Shown: in pieces, positions 58,292 to 64,000 of the stretch
Numbering within the stretch: the stretch's first letter is position 1
Layout: each line of letters begins with the position of its first letter
Origin: an uncultured Planctomycetia bacterium
GTDB taxonomy: Bacteria > Omnitrophota > Gorgyraeia > Duberdicusellales > 4484-171
Assembly: GCA_964483625.1 (NCBI GenBank)
Contig: CAZABB010000001.1
Location: 3,222 to 67,221, forward strand
Length of the DNA: 64,000 nt
Direction of reading: 5' to 3'
Made by a program: the position numbers and the translations under genes
The notes under the pieces: model-generated
Told to the model about the DNA's origin: nothing
The model's input: the letters and a program-made list of their open reading frames with translations, nothing else
Database searches by the model: none

Positions 58292-61200
58292 CTACTGCTC
58301 GTCACTGTCCTGTTCTAATTCTTGCAATAACTCCCGTGCTTCTTCACCAGCAAACTTCAACCCAATAATCGTCTCCAACATTCGTCTGGCTTCCTCAGGA
58401 TTATCTGTTTTGCGATAGAGTCTCCCCAACGCCACATAACTTTCATATTGGGAGGGTTCTAATTCAATACTTTTTTTAAGAACGTCTATTGCCTGTTCAT
58501 AATTTTCCTGTGCCTGATAAACCTCAGCTAATCCGGTATACAGAGATATCTCCTCTGGATATATCTGAATTCCCTTCCGATACCACCGTACAGCTTCCGC
58601 ATAATCCCCTTGCTGGGAAGAAACCATCCCCAACCCCCGATAAATGTCGGCGGCGGGATCAAATTCTAAAGCCTTTTTAAACCACTTCTGTGCTTCACTA
58701 TTATTTCCCTGAACCTGATATATCCACGCCAACGCTCCGTAGTTATCGCTCACATCGGGAGTCGACACAATCCCTTTTTGATACCATTTGATTGCTTCGG
58801 CATAATTTCCCTGACCGTAATAAATGCTGCCAAGACCATGATAGCCATAGGGATCTTCGGAATCTATCTGGATTGTTTTCTTAAACCACTTGGTTGCTTC
58901 GGATACATTTTCTTTTTCCCGGGCGATCCATCCCAACCCGACATAATGATTACTGTTTTCGGGGTCGCATTCGATAGCTTTCTCAAATAACTCAGAAGCT
59001 CGGGTAAAATCTTTTTGGTCAAGAAAAATCCAGGCCAATCCATTATAGCTCATTCCATCGTCGGGATTGCTTTCCAGAGCACGCTGGAACCATTCTTTTG
59101 CTTCGTCATAATCACCCTGCTGACGATAAATTTCACCAATACCTCTATAGCCGGTGACTGACGTGGTATCACGGGAAATCCCTTGTTTGAACCATTCTAT
59201 CGCCTCATCGTATTTACCCTGAGCTGATGCGATATGAGCAAGCCCCATATAATTTTCCGGAAATTCCGGGGCAACTTCAACCCCTTTTTTATACCATTTC
59301 GCCGCCTCATCCCGATCTCCCCGGCGATGATAGATTCCCGCTATGCCAACATAGCTATCTCCTATCTTGGGAGCCTTTTCGATCGCACGCATAAACCATT
59401 CTATCGCCTCATCGTATTTACCCTGCTCCGAAACAACATGCCCAAGATACACATAGTGATCCGGGACTTCTGGATCGACTTCAATTGCCTTCCTGTACCA
59501 CCGCTCTGCTTCATCCCATTTTCCCCGCCGGCGATAGACATCGGCAATGCCCCTATACACGTCTTCTCCTTCATACCCTTTTTCTAGCGCGCGTTGAAAT
59601 AATTCTATCGCCTCATCGTATTCGCCCCGGGTTAAAGCACTATACCCGAGACCCACATAGTTTGATACCGACTCCGGCGCGATTTCAACCGCTTTCTTGT
59701 ACCACCGGGCCGCCTCATCCCATTCCTCCCTCTGACGATAGATATCGGCAAGCTCAGCGTATCCCTGTTTTTCTTCGGGATTTTTTTCTATGGCACGCAT
59801 AAACCATTCTATGGCTTCATCATGCCTGTCTTGAGCAGAAGCGATTTGCCCCAGCCGCACATAATAGGCCGCCTGCGGTACCACAGCGATCGCTTTCTTA
59901 TACCATTCGACAGCCTTCTCCAGGTTTCCCTGCTGGAAATATACTTCAGCGGTATCCCGATAAATTTCCCCATCCTGCCGGTCTTTTTCTATCGCGCTTT
60001 CAATCCATTTCTCAGCTTCGGCATATTCCCGTCGCTGCAAAAACATCAACCCAATCAACCTGTAAGCTATACTATTCTCAGAATTTATCTCTATCGCCCT
60101 GCCCCACTGTTTCTGTGCCAATGCAGATTGACCCATCTGTTGGTATGCCATACCAAGCTGTACATAAATGTAATAATTATCTGCTCCGGGAGTGATATAG
60201 TTGAGGCCTTTTTCAAACGATTCAACCGCTTTTTCATATTCTTTCTTCTGCAAATAGATTCTCCCTATCCCTTCGTACGCATCGTAAGGATTGATTTCAA
60301 TTCCTTTTTTAAACCATCCCATGGCTTCGTCATACTTATTCTGAGCAAAAAATATATCTCCCAAAAGCACATAGGCTTCGGGGCTATCCCGATCATTCAT
60401 TTTGACAGCTTTATCCAACCACGTGAATGCCTGTTCATATTTGTTCTGCCTAAAATATATCCGCCCCAGACCAACATACGCACGGGTATCGTTTTGATCG
60501 TCTACTGCCAATGCCTTCTGAACCCATTGGATCGCTTCGTCATACTTACCTTGGTTCTCTTTTATCGCCGCGAGTCTCAGATAACTATTGCTATGGGAAG
60601 GATTGATGTGTAGTGATTTTTGATACCATTGGATCGCCTGGTCATATTTTCGTAGAGCCGCAAAACTTCCCCCAAGCTGATCCATACTCTCGATATCATC
60701 CGGTTCCTTTTCTATCGCGCGTTTAAACCACTCTATCGCTTCCCGGAATTCTCCGCGCGACTTATATACCAATCCGATGCCATGGTACCCCTGAGCATTA
60801 TCCGGCTCTATTTCGGTTGCCGTGCGAAAAGCTTCCATTGCTTTTTCGTCTACCCCTTGCGAAAGATAACTATAGCCTTTTCCCACATACAGATCGCTAT
60901 CATCGCGAATCCCCATGGATAAACCTTTCTCAAACCACTTTAAAGCATTCTCGTAATCTGCCTGCCCATGGTATATCCAACCGAGAATTACATATGCATC
61001 GCGCTGTTTGGGATCATTCTCTGCTCCTTCTTTAAGCCATTCGATCGCTTCTTCAATATTTCCCTGATCACGATAGGCCTCTCCCATCCCCACATAATTC
61101 TCCGCAACCGAAGGCGCAGCCTCAATCCCCCGTCTGTATAATTGCATCGCCTGATCAAGCTCTCCCTGAGAATAATAGGCCCACCCGAGGGCTCGATATA

Positions 61201-61609
61201 TCTCACCATCACCGGGATTTTTATCCAGAGCCTTTTTTAACCAGGAAATTGCTTCTTCAAGTTTGTTTTCTCTTAAAAGAATAAAGGCAATTTGCGCGTA
61301 GTTGCCATAAAACTCGGGCACAGCGGCTATCCCTTTCTTAAGTAATTTGATCGCTTCTTGATAATTACCTTGCTCTGCATACAGGCGTCCCAGCTGACGA
61401 TAATAATTCCCCTCCCCAGGAGTGCTGATAATCTGTTGTCTAAACCATTCAATAGCCTCATTTATCCTGCCCTGCTGAATAAGCTTAGTTCCCTTGTCGG
61501 GATTTTGGGCGGCGATACTATGCGGCACCGGAATCAAACTCAACATACTCACAAAGAGAAGGAAAACAACATGTCGACAACTGAACATTATATTTTCTTT
61601 ACGCCTCAT
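58292..61609 (-). CDS. secreted giant tetratricopeptide-repeat protein (~30 TPR units, 1105 aa)
   Basis: Signal peptide (MFSCRHVVFLLFVSMLSLIPVPHSIAAQ) followed by uninterrupted 34-aa repeats of pattern ..Y..LG..Y..QG.YdEAIeWfkKAle.dP. Confidence 0.85.
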   Translation of the reverse strand: MRRKENIMFSCRHVVFLLFVSMLSLIPVPHSIAAQNPDKGTKLIQQGRINEAIEWFRQQIISTPGEGNYYRQLGRLYAEQGNYQEAIKLLKKGIAAVPEFYGNYAQIAFILLRENKLEEAISWLKKALDKNPGDGEIYRALGWAYYSQGELDQAMQLYRRGIEAAPSVAENYVGMGEAYRDQGNIEEAIEWLKEGAENDPKQRDAYVILGWIYHGQADYENALKWFEKGLSMGIRDDSDLYVGKGYSYLSQGVDEKAMEAFRTATEIEPDNAQGYHGIGLVYKSRGEFREAIEWFKRAIEKEPDDIESMDQLGGSFAALRKYDQAIQWYQKSLHINPSHSNSYLRLAAIKENQGKYDEAIQWVQKALAVDDQNDTRAYVGLGRIYFRQNKYEQAFTWLDKAVKMNDRDSPEAYVLLGDIFFAQNKYDEAMGWFKKGIEINPYDAYEGIGRIYLQKKEYEKAVESFEKGLNYITPGADNYYIYVQLGMAYQQMGQSALAQKQWGRAIEINSENSIAYRLIGLMFLQRREYAEAEKWIESAIEKDRQDGEIYRDTAEVYFQQGNLEKAVEWYKKAIAVVPQAAYYVRLGQIASAQDRHDEAIEWFMRAIEKNPEEKQGYAELADIYRQREEWDEAARWYKKAVEIAPESVSNYVGLGYSALTRGEYDEAIELFQRALEKGYEGEDVYRGIADVYRRRGKWDEAERWYRKAIEVDPEVPDHYVYLGHVVSEQGKYDEAIEWFMRAIEKAPKIGDSYVGIAGIYHRRGDRDEAAKWYKKGVEVAPEFPENYMGLAHIASAQGKYDEAIEWFKQGISRDTTSVTGYRGIGEIYRQQGDYDEAKEWFQRALESNPDDGMSYNGLAWIFLDQKDFTRASELFEKAIECDPENSNHYVGLGWIAREKENVSEATKWFKKTIQIDSEDPYGYHGLGSIYYGQGNYAEAIKWYQKGIVSTPDVSDNYGALAWIYQVQGNNSEAQKWFKKALEFDPAADIYRGLGMVSSQQGDYAEAVRWYRKGIQIYPEEISLYTGLAEVYQAQENYEQAIDVLKKSIELEPSQYESYVALGRLYRKTDNPEEARRMLETIIGLKFAGEEARELLQELEQDSDEQ

Positions 61610-61662
61610 GTACCCCTCCTTTTATCTTATACAATCCTCTTTTCAATATCTCATCTCAACTC

Positions 61663-63414
61663 TCATTTTACTCCTTTGCAATGGTTTTGAAATAGTTCTT
61701 TTCCTTTACCGTTATCAGGGTATTTTTTTATCAATTTGTTGAGCAATTCGCAGGCTTCTTCCCGACGACCCTGGTACAGGTAAATTCTAGCCAGTCCGTT
61801 ATACTGCTTATAACCAATACCTGACACCATGTCAATTACCACCTTGCCATTTTCCCTTTCCTTTTGAGATTCCTTTTCTTTTAAAGCGATGAGCGCCGAT
61901 AATTTCTGCGGCCAGGGTGTTTTCTCCTTACCTTTACCGACCCTTTCTAATTTTCTGAGAACGTAAACGCACCGTTGGTTAATCTTTAATAGTTCTAAAG
62001 AGCATTTTTCAGCTTTATCATATTCTCCCATTTCTCGATACGCTTCGTATAAACCTAAAAGGGCAAAAATATTAAAAGGTTTTCTCTTCAAAACACCCCT
62101 GTAAAGATCCTGCGCTTCGCGATAACGGTGTTCATTGGCATTCACCCAGCCTAATCCCAGTAATGCGGTAGTCATATCGTTGACTTTACAGCTCAATGCT
62201 TTATTAAAATATCTGCGGGCTTGATTGTACTGTCCTTCGGCATTGGCCAAGTGTCCTAACCCGGAAAGCGTAATAAAACTTTCGGTATCCTCGGTTATCT
62301 GCATGTATGCCTTACGGGCTTGAGCGTATTCTTGACGTACAAGGAATATAAATCCCTGTAACGATAACTTTTTCCACTTCTCCTCTTCGGTTAAATGAAG
62401 CGCTGAAACTTGACGAATAATGTCTTCCGCCCGGGTAAATGAACCAGTTTCAATATAGTATGCAATAAGATTGAAATACATTTCAGACCGCCGAGGATTT
62501 TCTTCTACCGCCTTCAGAAGAGCATCTTCTGCCAAACCTGACTTGCCCATCATTTGATAAGCAATGCCCAATCCCTGATAAGGACAACTATAGGTAACTC
62601 GCGAGGAACGATCAATTGATGCAGTGAAAACCTCAACGGCCTTTTCATAATCTCCTAATCGCAAAGCGGTTCTCCCCAGCCCCTCAAGACTATACGCATC
62701 GTCGGGATTAATTTTTATCGCTTTTTCAAACCATATATTTGCTTGAGCATATTCCCCCTGATCCCAATACACTCTCGCCATACTTTCATACGCCCGGCTG
62801 TTGCGGGAATTTATTTCTATTGCTTTCTGAGCCCATTTACGTGCTTTAGAATAATCGTGGTTTTCCCGGTAAATCCGGCTCAGTCCCATATAATTAAAGA
62901 CTTCCTGAGGATTATATGATATCGCTTTTTTAAAAAACAGAGTTGCTTCTTCGTAATGTTTTTGCTGCAAATGAATTAGCCCTAATCCTTTATAGATATC
63001 GGCAGTTATACCATTATCTTTTTTTCGGGAATTCAATTTCAGGCTGTGTTCAAAATATTTCGTAGCCTCCGGCCATTGCCATAAATCGATATATCTCCAA
63101 CCTAATGCTATATAACTGAATATATCATTCTCATCTTTTTCAACAGCTTTTTTAAACCATTGGATCGCCGTTTCCGTTTCACCCCGCGCCCGATAAACTT
63201 CTCCTATTCCCCGATAATTCTCTGATAAATAGGGTGCCATACTTCTCGCTTTTTTAAACCATTGCATTGCTTCGGCGTATTCTCCGCGATCATAATGTTC
63301 CAGGCAACAGAAGTGTAATATTCCGCAATTTTTCGGATCAAAACGCTGAGCGACGGAGAAACTGCCTGTAACTGTATATATCGTCACGAAAACCAAAATT
63401 CTAAGCTTATCCAT
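61663..63414 (-). CDS. secreted TPR-repeat protein (583 aa)
   Basis: Signal peptide (MDKLRILVFVTIYTVTGSFSVAQ) then at least 12 TPR units (YRGIGEVYRARGETETAIQWFKKAVEKD...). Confidence 0.8.
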   Translation of the reverse strand: MDKLRILVFVTIYTVTGSFSVAQRFDPKNCGILHFCCLEHYDRGEYAEAMQWFKKARSMAPYLSENYRGIGEVYRARGETETAIQWFKKAVEKDENDIFSYIALGWRYIDLWQWPEATKYFEHSLKLNSRKKDNGITADIYKGLGLIHLQQKHYEEATLFFKKAISYNPQEVFNYMGLSRIYRENHDYSKARKWAQKAIEINSRNSRAYESMARVYWDQGEYAQANIWFEKAIKINPDDAYSLEGLGRTALRLGDYEKAVEVFTASIDRSSRVTYSCPYQGLGIAYQMMGKSGLAEDALLKAVEENPRRSEMYFNLIAYYIETGSFTRAEDIIRQVSALHLTEEEKWKKLSLQGFIFLVRQEYAQARKAYMQITEDTESFITLSGLGHLANAEGQYNQARRYFNKALSCKVNDMTTALLGLGWVNANEHRYREAQDLYRGVLKRKPFNIFALLGLYEAYREMGEYDKAEKCSLELLKINQRCVYVLRKLERVGKGKEKTPWPQKLSALIALKEKESQKERENGKVVIDMVSGIGYKQYNGLARIYLYQGRREEACELLNKLIKKYPDNGKGKELFQNHCKGVK

Positions 63415-63497
63415 CTTCTTCCTACAACACTGTCAATTTTTAAACAATTTTACCCCTGTTCTTTCTATTTTCGATCACTATCTCATCAGGATTCATC

Positions 63498-64000
63498 CTA
63501 CCTGGTTTTTGTGTAAGCAGATAATATCTGCTGAGCAGTCGTCGTCCAGTTATACCTCTCCTGAGCCCGCCGACGCGCTTTTACGCCTATTTGTCGTTTA
63601 TATTTTTCATTGTCAATAATCTTGCATATGCCCTGCGCCAGAGACTCGATGCTTCCGGGCTCGGCAAGAACTCCGCCGTCGCCGAGCATAGTGCTTATTT
63701 CTCCTACTTCACTGGCCACGATAGCTTTGCCGGAAGCTAAATATTCGGCGATCTTAAGAGGGCTTTTACAGCGAGTCACGTCGTTGTCCTCAAAACATGC
63801 GACGCAGACATCTGCGGCAGCGACATAATGAGGTATCTGATTATGGGTGACCGCTCCGGTAAAAATAACCCGGGATTGAATGCCTAATTCTTCGGCACGT
63901 TTTTTTAAACGGCCTGACTGATATCCTTCTCCGACAATCATAAAATATATATCTTTCTCATACTTACGAAGCACATGCTCGGCGGTATCGATAAAAAGAT
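63498..64000 (-). CDS. GT4 (GT-B) glycosyltransferase, C-terminal domain only (5' end beyond window)
   Basis: The C-terminal GT-B domain (VIFTGAVTHNQIPHYVAAADVCV..SPLKIAEYLASGKAIVASEVGEISTM) is encoded here. The N-terminal ~200 aa domain must lie past nt 64000. Confidence 0.7.
   Translation of the reverse strand, partial: LFIDTAEHVLRKYEKDIYFMIVGEGYQSGRLKKRAEELGIQSRVIFTGAVTHNQIPHYVAAADVCVACFEDNDVTRCKSPLKIAEYLASGKAIVASEVGEISTMLGDGGVLAEPGSIESLAQGICKIIDNEKYKRQIGVKARRRAQERYNWTTTAQQILSAYTKTR

Noticed and set aside
1-64000. RiPP (ranthipeptide/sactipeptide-like) biosynthetic cluster, suggested by SPASM rSAMs plus an ABC exporter
   Set aside because: No short precursor-peptide ORF with a leader or Cys-rich core was found in any intergenic gap or as a small ORF next to the rSAMs. 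The locus is dominated by glycosyltransferases, sugar-modifying enzymes and polyprenyl-linked GT-C enzymes. A glycan or cyclitol substrate is more parsimonious.
1-64000. Phage-defence or toxin systems, integrases, transposases
   Set aside because: No recognisable nuclease, ATPase-defence, recombinase or transposase motifs were seen in any ORF. The only mobility hint is the tRNA-associated repeat.

Overview
The window is a gene-dense (about 90% coding) envelope-glycoconjugate biosynthesis region from an unidentified bacterium with roughly mid-range GC content. It holds two glycan islands separated by housekeeping genes (purC, GTP-dependent PEP carboxykinase) and a tRNA-Leu(GAG). The most unusual feature is the density of radical SAM (rSAM) genes: 16 in total, 10 with Cys-rich SPASM/twitch C-termini and 6 class-B cobalamin-binding. 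They are interleaved with at least 8 GT2 glycosyltransferases, 2-3 GT4, two ArnT/PMT-like GT-C transferases each flanked by GT2 genes (a duplicated GT2-GT-C-GT2 module), two further polytopic GT-C-like paralogs, three NodU/CmcH-family carbamoyltransferases, two CE4 deacetylases, two SGNH hydrolases (one with TPR repeats inserted inside the catalytic domain), a WbpG-like N-acetyl-sugar amidotransferase, a myo-inositol-1-phosphate synthase module, an ABC-2 exporter and two very large secreted TPR proteins. I found no RiPP precursor peptide, cas, integrase or transposase genes. Structures visible directly in the sequence are a 686-bp stretch that is 100% identical between two tandem B12-rSAM paralogs (gene conversion) and a 2 x 124-bp perfect tandem repeat abutting the tRNA 5' end, each unit ending with the first 15 nt of the tRNA. 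The working hypothesis is a previously undescribed rSAM-driven tailoring system (C-methylation, oxidation or epimerisation) acting on a polyprenyl-linked, inositol- or aminosugar-containing cell-surface glycan, with enzyme content reminiscent of aminoglycoside pathways. All functional calls rest on motif recognition by eye; no database searches were run.
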